From Eukaryota sp. GEM-RC1 (lineage: Eukaryota): a stretch of DNA of 64,000 nt. The translations under genes were made by a program, and so were the position numbers. The stretch is from NCBI GenBank assembly GCA_040285855.1, contig JAUFOQ010000016.1, positions 1,364,001-1,428,000 of the forward strand. Direction: 5' to 3'. The notes under the pieces are model-generated. The model ran no database searches. It saw nothing but the letters and a program-made list of their open reading frames with translations, and was not told the origin of the DNA. This document shows positions 12,401 through 23,959 of this stretch, piece by piece (the stretch's first letter is position 1; each line of letters begins with the position of its first letter).

Positions 12401-14909
12401 TCTTTAACTCTGCCATACAGTTTCAATTGGATTTGAGAAGATGAATTGTTTACCACAGTTGTGTGGAAGGCCTTATTGGGATACGAGGCCACAACTGCTT
12501 GGTAGAGGGTCATTGCTGAATTTGAAGAGTCACAAAAAGTACAACAAAAATCGATGATTGTTGAAGAAATTCAACGAGAGTAGATTCGGAAGGATTGGTA
12601 ACAAAATTTAACAGCATCAAGGCAGTGGACTTAAGATTAACTAATTTTTTTACAAGAGTAGGTGGGGAGTCTTCCATATACTGGAACCGTGAAACAAGAG
12701 ATCTTAGTTCATTCAAATATCTCTCTAGTTTTTTTAAATGTACATATCTAGATAGATTATCAATAGCGCCTTTATACCTTGGTTCTGTTGAATCGTATTT
12801 TTCAACCGGAAGTTTAGTAAATTTTGCACGAAAAATGTAATCAACCAGTGATAATTTTAAAAACATATCTGAACAAACAAATTCAGAAATTTCCTCATCA
12901 TTACCCAAAGTTGATAGAGATTTTAATACATCAATTGATTCTGAAAATTTGAATAAATCATAAAATGAATCAAAAGTACGATGACAGCGAAGAAACGACA
13001 TAGAGTTGATACCAGCTAACATAATCAACCCTTGAGAGAGATAATCATTTTTAACACAATAAAACAAGAATTTAAAATTGAAGAACGAAATATTCGCCTT
13101 ACTGCACAACTTCCCCAAACAAGTCAACTCAGAATCGAGGTTGTTTTGTGTGAGAACATTGTTGCGGAAGAGCACATCAACTGTAGATAGGATATTCTCT
13201 GATGAAGGAATATCTGGCAGTTCGTTGATGAAAGATGTAGGGTCAGTAGCAATTTGTTTCATCGTCAACAATGGTTCAATTAATGAGCATGTCAATATTT
13301 CAGGTTTGTCGTAGTCTAGTCGTGGAAAACGGTTTGGAAGGAATTTTGTACTTACAAGACGTAACGCAAATCCAGCTGAATTTCTACCAGCACGACCAGA
13401 GCGCTGGTCCAAAGAAGCAATGGAGCAATGGTAAGTTTCCAGAAGATCATCAACATCCGTTTGTTTCGACAACCCACAGTCAATGACAAATTTCACACCG
13501 TCAATTGTTAGTGAAGATTCTGCTATATTTGTAGCAAGAACAATTTTGAATTGATTCTCCATTGGTTTCGCCACTGCCGTGTCTTGTTGATTCGAATCCA
13601 GGCTTGAATATAAAGGATGAACATTTGGTTTAACTGTACGTGATACATCAAGATCAGGTTTTTTCTGTTTAAGGAGAAATGTATACTCATTCTCAATGTA
13701 CTGAGTAAGCGTAGTAATTTCTGGACTACCAGGAAGAAAAACAAGCAACGTAAATCCTTCACAGTGAGAAAACCGCTTGAATATTGACTGTGCAAGCGAG
13801 TAATAACAGAGACAAACTTGAGCCAATGCTTTGAAGTTTATACTCTTGTGTGAAATTGGGTTCAAATTTTTGACGAAATGAGAGTAGTAACGACAGACAC
13901 TGCTAGTAAAATATTGATATATTTTACAAAAGTGGTACTTAAAATGGCGTAGAACCTCACGATCTTCGAAAAGTCTGATTTGGATAAGTTGACTACCAAC
14001 GGTGTCTGGGAAAAAAGTATTGACACTAATGCAGTCATAGTCAACAACAACAAGTGGGTTGGTTCTGCCAGTAGCATGGATGGTATAATTGTTTTCACAA
14101 TTCAAATAAAATGACTGGTTCCTACAATCCTGAGTTAAATATCTGAAACAAGGATTTGGAGTGTCCATAGTAGCTGAACAAACGACAACCCTCAATTTGT
14201 GCCCTAAAGGAGATCGAGGAGTTCGAGAAATAATCCTCAGCTGAGCTAACAAAATGTCAATATCACATTTTCGTTCATGGACTTCATCAACCATAATTGT
14301 CATAAATTTTTCAACATTTTTGTTGTTCGTTATAAATTTAGAAGTATAAGCAGCAGTTTGAACTTCAATAAACCTGTGTGAATTCAGAGGGATATTTGTG
14401 TTCTTATTGCCTGTACGGTATCCAGACAAGGGAAAAGTAGTATCACACAAATCGTTGATAAAATTTGATAGTTTTGTTGCTGGTAAAATTCGTGGTTGGC
14501 AGACAATGATTGGTTCCAGAGTAACCATGACAACAACAACGCCAGTTAAAACTGATTTACCCGAACCTGTTTCACCAGAAACGATGAAAGGAATAATACA
14601 ATTATCATCAATATAATTTAGACGAATCATCTCAATCAGATCGAAAAAAGTTTGTAATCCTTCATTGACAAAGGCAATACGGCAATTCCGTGCACTATGA
14701 ATTAACCGCAGACATGACAACACCAATTCAAAGTTAAGCTGGTCAGCGTCAACGGCAGTATTCCATTCATCATTTTTGGTCAAAATATCAACAACCGAAC
14801 TTAGAAATTCGCTCAGTCGGACAAAAGATTTTAGATTAGCTAATTTTGAGGTATTGATGGGATATTCAATAGAGTCAACTTTTTCCTCTTGTGGCAGTAC
14901 AATCTCCAC
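9451..14909 (-). CDS. Large DEAH-box RNA helicase with long C-terminal extension ending in a degenerate DEAD-type HELICc domain (three ORFs joined)
   Basis: GETGSGKS, CQPRILPA, VDEVHER, CSAT, LVFLPG, PLYSSL, LATNIAESSLTIDGV, QRSGRAGR. Next ORF joins at a T5 run (LYQAVVASYPN). Last ORF has ELTGKQSKRSKDYSLSQFKK..VIMISTT..IIFDLP; the join near 10570 is less certain. Confidence 0.85.
11160..11302. repeat. Coding tandem repeat (EQMIAEGT / EIAEGT units)
   Basis: TCAGTACCTTCAGCAAT repeated about five times within the helicase ORF. Confidence 0.9.
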
Positions 14910-15186
14910 CGTTTCATGTTCTTTTTAAAAATAGAGGGGGATGTCTCCATTTTGTGTATATGTCGAATAACTCACAGTAGTCTTGGTGATTTGGCAGATA
15001 CCATGTCATTGAGACTAAATAATTAATAGCCGATAGACAAAAAGACGTTAGACATGGAGAAGTTTGTGCAGTATAATGATGATAGGCACAAAAGACAATT
15101 GGAACAGCAACATACTTGCACTTTCAAACCTTGTTCCAAAAAAATTCTCCAATAAGGTATACCTATGTCGGATAACTTTTCTATTT

Positions 15187-17120
15187 TCAACTTCTTTTCA
15201 GTTTCAATGATGTTTCCTGTTTCTTCATCTTTTCAGTTTGAATGACTGTTTCCTTCTCAATACGGATGACATCAGCTGTATCCACATACATATAATATTC
15301 AATTACAGAACACAAATTAAAAAATCTTGACAGTAGTTGAGAAGTCCATGATGAATCTCTGATAGCCTTAAATTGATTCCACATATCATTAAGAGAATTT
15401 TGAGTATACAATTGATCGGATTCAGCTGTTTCAGTATCATTCTTTTCAGTATCAATCTTTTCAGTGTCTTCGTCCTCTTCAATTAACAGAAGAATTTGCG
15501 CAATATCAAAGACCAATGTTTGAAAATTTGGAACAGCTTCTGTCGATTTAGCAAAATCTTTAATAACTTCTTGGTTTACTCTGTACATTTCCAGTGTAAA
15601 TTGATTTGTATCAACATCATACACTTTAAGGACCTGGTTTTCTGACTGTGCTAATTGCATATGAAGCATTGTCAATAAGATATCAAGCGTTACTTCAGGT
15701 CTTAACAAAACGTTTGGGTTAATGTTTTCGTACAATGATTTAAACTTAAATGTAACATCACTATAATTGGCAACTGCAAAGGGACAGTTTTCATATTGGT
15801 GCCCCGGAATTAAACAATAAAGGCATGGTGCAATAAAATGACAAAAAGGTTGCTTAAAAGACCGACATTTTTCATCATTTTGATGCATGGTAATTTGAAA
15901 TCCATTAGGTTGAATAGGAAGCGACATTCTTTTTTCTGGATCCTGGAGATCCTGCCAATAAATATGAAGTGCGTCCAAAACTTCATCGTCATAACAGAGA
16001 ATAGGATGCTTTTCACTACGTTGGCATTCAGCGACAATACTTTCATAATGTTTGGCAATAATAAAATTCTCAATTTTCCACAGTGAAGGCCAACAACCGG
16101 GTGAGCACAATTCCTTCTGAATTCGATCGAGAAAAGAGCGTCGTGAACTATTATCTGGCTCAGTGATGACATCTGGAGCAGGATCTGTCAAATGTTCAAA
16201 ATCATTATCAATCATTAGATGTTGTAAACATGAACAAACAACCAACCCGTCGAGTTTACCTGACCTAACAAATGGATGTGAATATGTATCATGCCAAACA
16301 CGACAACAACGGTGCCTCCTGATGTTGTGGTACTTCATCTTTTTGTCTTAGATCTTTTAATCTGTTTTCGTAGTGGCTCTTTTCGTATTCGTAGTGGCTG
16401 AGTATCATGTGATAAGGAGGAAGAAGCTCTGATTATCTTTGCATCGATCATAGTTGGTCGGGTAGAGGAACCTCGTACAGAACGAGGAGGTCCCGGATTG
16501 AGTTCAATATCACCATCAACGGAAAGATCACGTATCCACGATGTATTTCCTTCTGTAGAGAGAACACAACACCCCATGTTACAAGACTTCATCTCATCGT
16601 CATCATCAACTGACCAAGCAGGGGAGAGCGAAATCAGACGACAAGAGGAAGACGTTGTGTCCATTGAAGTGACAGAGAAAGCGGTGGTAAGATACTCGGA
16701 AGAAGAGAAGGGAAATGAGCAGAGAGACGCGGAAAGCAAACAACACCCCATGTTACAAGACTTCATCTCATCGTCATCATCAACTGACCAAGCAGGGGAA
16801 AGCGAAATCAGACGACAAGAAGAGATTGTGTCCATGGAGGTGTCAGAGCAAGCGGCGGTAAGATACCCGGGAGAAGAGAAGGGAAAGGAGTAGAGAGAAG
16901 AGCAGGGAAAGGAGCAGAGAGAAGCGGAAAGCAAACAACACCCCATGTTACAAGACTTCATCTCATCGTCATCATCAACTGACCAAGCAGGGGAAAGCGA
17001 AATCAGACGACAAGAGGAAGACATTGTGTGTGAGGTGGTTGAAGTAGAGGAACACATTCTTACAGACAAATGTAATTTGTACTTTGAACAATCTAGACTA
17101 TCTATAGATAGACATGACAT
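15187..17120 (-). CDS. Second 2A polyprotein: repeat leader / 2A / unknown domain with CCHC knuckle (one frameshift near 16340)
   Basis: ORFs 16335-17120 and 15187-16338 join by adding one A in ACAAAAAGATG. WIRDLSVDGDIELNPGP; CLYCLIPGHQYENC. Confidence 0.7.
16488..16538 (-). other. 2A (StopGo) ribosome-skipping peptide
   Basis: WIRDLSVDGDIELNPG|P matches D[V/I]ExNPG|P. Confidence 0.9.
16566..17028. repeat. Three-copy coding repeat upstream of the second 2A
   Basis: CAACACCCCATGTTACAAGACTTCATCTCATCGTCATCATCAACTGACCAAGCAGGGGA occurs three times; peptide SSCRLISLSPAWSVDDDDEMKSCNMGCC. Confidence 0.95.
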
Positions 17121-17317
17121 GGACGTGAATGGATTTAGATAATCTTATCCAACTACATCGTTGTACATTTGCATGCAAATCAGTGATATCTCTCCCCTTT
17201 CTATCTATTGAATTAAAAGATCAAGCTGAATATTGTTAACTGGACACTGTATCTTCACTTACTGTAAGATTATGTGTGATATGTTAATAAATGAAGCACT
17301 GTATTTATTATCATTTA

Positions 17318-19193
17318 TTACAAAGAAGAATGCTGATAATATAAAACATAACCAGTCGATGAAATGTCAGTTAACGCTGTACGTTCATCTACAATTTGCT
17401 TTGATACATTATTGGTATCATGCAAGAACCAAGAACCATCTACTACCTTTGTATATGTTACAAAATGACTGTTAGTTTGAAAACCGTGACAGCAAATGGC
17501 AGAGAACAGTTTGTAAGTGTATAACGGATCATTTGTTCGAGTTACCACACTGTGGTGTCTTTGAAAGGATTTTCGTTCCCAATCACGACCTGCACCAAAA
17601 GACTTACTTCCACATAGTCTTTCGCTTTCATTTGAAATATCAAACACAGAACACTCTTCTGGTTTAGGACGATGAGATAAAGAAAAAATGTCATCACAAT
17701 GCAGTCGAGAATTGATGTCAGTAAATGGTGAAATCTCAATTATTTCTTTCTTCAGCTGGACTTCAGGTGATAGTAATTGATATACAGATATTTCTAAGGA
17801 AATATCAACTGGTTGCTGAGGACCGGTTAGTCTAATGATAAGTACTTTAGGCAGAGACGCTAGCGTTTCAGTAATTTCTGATTTTGGGTCTGAACAGTAA
17901 GGATTAGAACATTCAACATATTTTCGGACAGGTAAATGTGAATCTAATAATAACTGGAGACTGTATGGACTGAAGCGGCTGGATTCTTCGGAGGGGTTAA
18001 TTTCTAACACAAACTTAGTTTTAAATGAGGTATTCTCATTACACCACGAACACCTTGAATCCGTTCTAATACAAAAACAAAAGGCATTGATAACACTGGA
18101 ATGTTTCAATTTATGATCCATCAGGTATTGGTCTAAATCATGTTTTAACACAGTTCTATGATCCTGAAGGGATGATTTGGGACCTGGTTGGGCGGCTTTT
18201 GGATACACTATGGCTTCTCGACTACAGTCATAAAAACAAAACTCTGGTAAATTAGGAACAGTTTGTTCTGGATCAGATTGTGGATGAAAACGATTACGAA
18301 AACTTTCAAGTTCGTCAGTTGAATATGATTCCAACAGCGACTGGAATTCCTGATTGAGAGATTTTAATAGTTTGGAAAAAAAATTGAATGGATCCTGTTG
18401 TCCAGACGCAAAAGTAGGTTAAAGACTTGCGATATGGGAGTGTATTTCATTAGACTTTTTGCTAAAAAAAACAGTGTATCAGAGGAGTTTGGCTTTGGTG
18501 GATTTTTTGAGCTACTAAATGTTCGATATCAAGCATAAAGAAATGTTGAAATTTATCACCGAGAAATTCGAGAACGGAATTGACGTAACAGTTATCAGTC
18601 GTAACAGAAGTACGAATCGAAAGAGCTTGGTTGACAGATTTGGTTAGAGCAGAAAGAGATGAATGAGACACTGTTGAACGAGAGCATGGGAATGAGATTT
18701 GTCTGTTATTAATGATCGTTATGAGTTTTTGAACGATAGAAGCATCTCGGAGAGGAGTGACTTGACGAAGACTTGACGAAGGAGTTGAGCTCAGACTGAA
18801 GCTTTTCTGTTCCACGTCAGCGGACACAAGTGCAACATTAACACAGTGTTGGATATGTCCGTCATACACTACAATCATGAAAATATCAACACTGTCTTCT
18901 ACGAGGGCTGTTTGTATAGTGGGTTTACCCTTCAACTTGTCATTCAAACCAACTGACCGAGCAGTGGAAAGCGAGTGAGAATGATTAGAAGAAAGATGAC
19001 CTTCACTATCTTCTACGAGGAGTATATCAACATTGGCTGTTTGTATAGTGGGTTTACCCTTCAACTTGTCATTCAAACCAACTGACCGAGCAGTGGAAAG
19101 CGAGTGAGAATGATTAGAAGAAAGATGACCTTCAAACATTAGTTGCATGGGTTGCTCCGAAAAACGTTGGATGACGCGGAATGATGTTGACAT
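17318..19193 (-). CDS. USP (peptidase C19) deubiquitinase-like protein, disrupted at ~18340-18470
   Basis: Cys box DNCYVNSVLEFL; GQQDP in the inter-ORF gap; LPKVLIIRL; His box YKLFSAICCHG..NSHFVTY...SWFLHD; terminal GYVLYYQ. Direct duplication of ~100 bp at 18906/19035. Confidence 0.75.
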
Positions 19194-19779
19194 GGGATTG
19201 GAAAAATGAGGATGAAAATTACAGGCAGCTAGAGTCTATTGTACTGCTCTCTCTACTCTACAAGAGTCTACTGTATTGTAAGGGTTTGGAGCTTACAGTG
19301 ATTGTCATTGTTAAGAACATTACATTTCAACTGAACCCTTGATACCAAAAGGCCTATTCTTTTCGTTTGGCATCATCAGTTAAAGTTTGTATAGATGAAG
19401 GTTCACAATGATCCGCCTGATCAGTAAGAAAATCTTCGTCAGAAGAATGATCTTCAAGAGATGATAATTTGAAACGTCGTGAACGAGAAGAAGTTCGTTT
19501 AGACATGATGAGGATTATACACCAAACTACAATGTACAATGAATGAATGTTAGAAAACACATATATTTTTTTTATTTTTAAATAATGTTCACTTTCGTCA
19601 GTGTTACATTTAAACCCTAAAAAGTTTTGGTCGGAAAGCTGTATCGTTACGAAATCTAATTAAATATGCATATGTATGTATTGATTAAATGGAAAAGAAT
19701 TTATTTCTGGACAAAACAACAAACTTGATAGAATCGGTTTGTTGTTTATAGAACACCCCTACCACTTGGCTATTTTTGT

Positions 19780-20340
19780 CAGTATCAATGACTGATTCAG
19801 TAATAGATTGAGACGGTTCTTGAGTCAACTGGGTATGTAAAGCATTGAGTTCAAGATACTTCGTGAACGAGAAGTTGTAAATAAATCGTGGACATTAAGT
19901 CAAGTTTGTTTTGGACCATGATGATGTTTTTATATTTGACGGTGAAATCAGTGGAACCATTTATGTTCTAGAGTTGATTCCTGGTGTCATAACGTGGACA
20001 CCACAATCGGTGGTGACATTGAACTGAATCCACGTGGTGAAATCTAGCTTGTATGATAAAAATGAATCAACAATCCTTAGATTTTAAACAAACACAATAC
20101 ATCATATCATATTGATTAGGATCAATCGCAACAATTCTCTTAGATTCATACCTTTGTTTAAATACATATCAGAACACTTTGACCGAATCACCAATTTTTT
20201 TAAACAACATTTCCACACAATTGGCCATGAAGAGGAAACATTGTTTAATATACCTTCATACAAAACTATGCAATAATAATTAGTCTGTATTGTCGAAAAC
20301 AATTTTAGACCAGTAGTTTAATCTAGTTCCATTGAATTGA
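19780..20340 (-). pseudogene. Decayed paralogous fragments of the DEAH gene's 3' region
   Basis: 19788-19858 closely matches 9970-10040 (GACTGATTCAG.AATAGATTGAGACGGTTCTTGAGTCAACTG). ~20218-20246 matches ~10775-10802 (CAATTGGCCATGAAGAG.AAACATTGTT). Confidence 0.6.
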
Positions 20341-21404
20341 TTTTTTAGTGATCCTTCGTATGTTCGAATGATGAGTGTCTTGGTTGACACTATAAGCAGG
20401 ACAGTGATTGATCTGGATATCTCCCCCAACTTAATTGATATTGAAAGTCACATTTTCTGTTTTTCACCCAAAGAAGCGGGGGTGGCAGGATTTGAAGAGG
20501 TGATGTATATGACGTACATAAAGACCATTTACATCTGTTGATCTACTCTACTTCTGAATTGTACAGAGGAACGAAGATATACCACCAAGCTATTGCTCAA
20601 GATGTTCCCATTGTTTCTGTAAACAAAGAATAGCCAGCTATAAAGAACACATTACAGTAAATACATCACAGTAGATCTGCTGATCCTTTCTCCAATCTTG
20701 CTTCTTCTACTGGTCATTCTGTTTTCCAGAAACACACTGGAGTTTCTTCGAATAGTAATTTCAGTGGTGCTTGTGTCACAAGCAATTCAGTGGAAGAAGA
20801 GCAGAGAGAAATGAAACGGATGGAACGAAGAAAGTTATACAGTATGGCCAATACAAGTCACAAGACATTGTCTTAAACTTCTCAGAGGTCAATCTTCAAG
20901 AGTAGAACACGGCCATGGTCATAGTAGGTAATTTGTGTGAAAGGAATCACACGCTTATAACTTAGGTAGTAAGTAGCGAGTGTAACGACGGATGAACCAT
21001 AGATTGCCAACCGAACACCTTCATTGCCATTTGTCCAAGCGGGAGACAACTGGGTAAAAATGTTGGATGACAACCTGGGGAACGGCGTCATACCTCACTA
21101 CTTCAGCTTTTAGGTAAGCACTTACCATAGTGAAAAATTACTTTTCATATCGCGCAGTCTATAGTTAGAAAGATGGAGGATCATACGCATGTCAAGAGAG
21201 AAGAAAAGTGAAATTGCAGTATTCATTTTTGGAGTCTTGTCTTGTTTGTCTACAGATAGCAGACATCTTTTCTGTCTTCGGATATCTCCTACACTTCATA
21301 TACAACATTTTTGTACTTACTTACTTGACATCATTCATTAATTAATACATCAACAATGTTATTTTCAATGCTCTTGTGTATCACAACATTGACAATACAT
21401 TGAA

Positions 21405-22657
21405 CTAGAACGTATATGTTGATTTCGTGTTAACAAGGAAGAGACTTGAAACAAAAGAAGAACGGGATGCTTTATTGATATCTAAACAAAGAAAACTACA
21501 ATAATGATCTATAAAAACAAATTTAAATCGCATATGGTGTATGAGGCTAGCAGTATCACGAGTAGTATCACCAGCAATTCGAATAGCTCTTTCAATTACT
21601 GGGGTGGTGGTTTCACGAAGGGCGGAAGCAACTGCACTAAAGATGAGTTCAAGTTCCTTCTCGTCAAGTGAATGCTTAGAGTTTGCTAAAAGAGTAATCA
21701 CTGCCTCATGACCAGTCTTGACAACGCTGTCAACGTCAACAATCTTCTTAGGTTGAGGTTCAGTTATCTAGAATTAGATCAGTGGATTCATGTATGAAAG
21801 AAAAGTGAACTTCACTTCACATCTTCGAGTCCTATACTAGACCATGCACACTTATCTCATTCAATAAACAACATCTTCTTTATTTTGTTCTACTTGCCAG
21901 TTGTTTCTGCAAAACAGGTCCTACATTTAACTTCTTTATCTCTAACTTCTTTCTCTTATCGCTGCCTGAGATAGGCTTTTCCTTTCCACACTGATGTCCC
22001 AAAGTCTTGGAAACAAGTGATCCTAGGGAGGATTGAATTTCATCGTATTTAGTAGTAGTGGAAGGAGCGGATTCGACGGGAGAGTTACGAGAGGACTTTG
22101 TGAGAGGTTCTGGAGTTGTGGCTTCTTTGCTAACAACATTAGCTTCTTTAAGGTACTTATTCTTTTCTTAACAATATGAGTTCTTTCATGAATAACATTA
22201 GGAGCAATTGAATAAAACTCAGTAAGATCTTCGTTTTCTTCAGGATTTATACCATACACTTTCTTAAAACGTGAAGAAATGTCTGGTACTTTTGCGCCTT
22301 GGGAAGCTAAATATTGAGTTCTAGAATTAATAAAGTGAACAATATTCTCAAAAAGTCTTCCTTAGACTGTACCAAGTCTGAGAGGAATTCATCATTGTTG
22401 GTACTTATAGAAAGTCCATCGGTTGAATTGTCACGAGGTCGTGAAATTAGAATATAATCCCCATTGGGACCGAGCTGAACACTTTTACCATCCACCTTTG
22501 TCGATGTATAACTAAAGACGTTATAGACATCCTGGTGCTTGTTCATATTCTTTCTTCGGAAAGCGTTAGAGCGTCGTTTCTTGTTATAATTGACAGACAT
22601 AGACGTTGCATCATCTGAAGACTGAAATGAGAGTGAATAAAGACATACAACTGACAT
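21405..22657 (-). CDS. Hypothetical protein(s), fragmented
   Basis: Successive same-strand ORFs 22307-22657, 22023-22259 and 21405-21701 with protein-like composition; no recognised motif. Confidence 0.3.
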
Positions 22658-22699
22658 TGGATTTTTGCCGGAAAAATATTTTCCTTCACTATCAATTCA

Positions 22700-23503
22700 A
22701 TGACCAACAATATCTTACAAGATTGTTTGGCAACATTCTTTGAAACATATCTCATTCAACAAATACAAGCATGTGGGTGTATCAAATGCATGGCCATAGG
22801 AGAACTTAACTCTCTTGACAAATTGACATCACTTTTGTCTCACATACATCGTATGAGCTTTCATCCAAATCCTGAAGATGACTTAACTTCTTTATCTCCT
22901 TTACTTTCAATCTGCTCACATATACTAGCGAAATGTAAGACAATGCCGTCGATTCCATTGTGGAACGTGGTATTCAAAATTGTTTGTTGTTGTTGTAGTA
23001 GTGTAGATGTTGAGGGAATGCTAAATTGTTTTTCTGTCCTGTTATTTGTACTTGCAAATTCTTTACAAGCAATGTATAACACGTTGGTGATCACAAAGTG
23101 TGCAAGAATATTGTTTCTCAATGATATTTCCGAATTTCTTTGGAGTATTAGTGATCGGCAGTGTCTAGTTAAAGTATTGACAGTTTTGGTACTATCCTTG
23201 AATGGTGATGAATGTAGGGAATTGTTACTTACTGAAATATTCCAAGAGTTTACAGGATGTTCTGAACCATTGACAGATATAATTCTTATGTGTGAGAACA
23301 GTCAAGATGAGGAGTTTATTGAAATGTCCGTTGTTGTTAAAAGGGTGTCTTCGTTGTTCAACTTGTTTGATGTGAATGAGATTTGTGAATGTGATGCAGA
23401 TTGTGACAAGGAGTTTGTGAGTTTCATTGATTCGTTGTTTAAGTATAAAGAACAGTTTTATTTTTTAACAAATAGCAATGAGGAGATTACATTCGACATA
23501 TAG
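22700..23503 (+). CDS. Hypothetical helical, Cys-rich protein
   Basis: 267-aa ATG-initiated ORF; no recognised motif. Confidence 0.5.
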   Translation: MTNNILQDCLATFFETYLIQQIQACGCIKCMAIGELNSLDKLTSLLSHIHRMSFHPNPEDDLTSLSPLLSICSHILAKCKTMPSIPLWNVVFKIVCCCCSSVDVEGMLNCFSVLLFVLANSLQAMYNTLVITKCARILFLNDISEFLWSISDRQCLVKVLTVLVLSLNGDECRELLLTEIFQEFTGCSEPLTDIILMCENSQDEEFIEMSVVVKRVSSLFNLFDVNEICECDADCDKEFVSFIDSLFKYKEQFYFLTNSNEEITFDI

Positions 23504-23959
23504 AGAACACAAATCGGGGTGTTCGACTTCTACGATGAACATCAGCAGTGGAGGGAGGATGAGGATTACCTTGGATTTAGTGAAACAGAAGCAGAAGGTA
23601 CCTTGTCTTCAGATAGAATGGCATCAACGAGGGCTAGGAGAGAGAACTCATGTTTGATTTGTAAGATCAAGGGAGTGTCTTTAAAAGACTCGGATATGAG
23701 TTAGAGTGCTCGAAAGTAGTCCAATGACACGATACATTGCTCTATTTCATCAAGATCGATCCCAACACCAACATCACCTTTTACAAAGACATATAATTTG
23801 ACATATGAGACGATAGAAAGCTCATCATGGTAGAATAAGCTTCTAAGAATTATGTACGACCAGCATTTTCCATACAGTGGAGATAGATATATAAATTATA
23901 ATGAAAGGAAAGTTTCCCTGCACAATCTGCATCTTAAACATCACCACTTCACACACTCA

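Noticed and set aside
16498..17142. Plus-strand ORFs over the repeat leader and other antisense shadow ORFs
   Set aside because: They overlap better-supported opposite-strand genes and carry no motifs.
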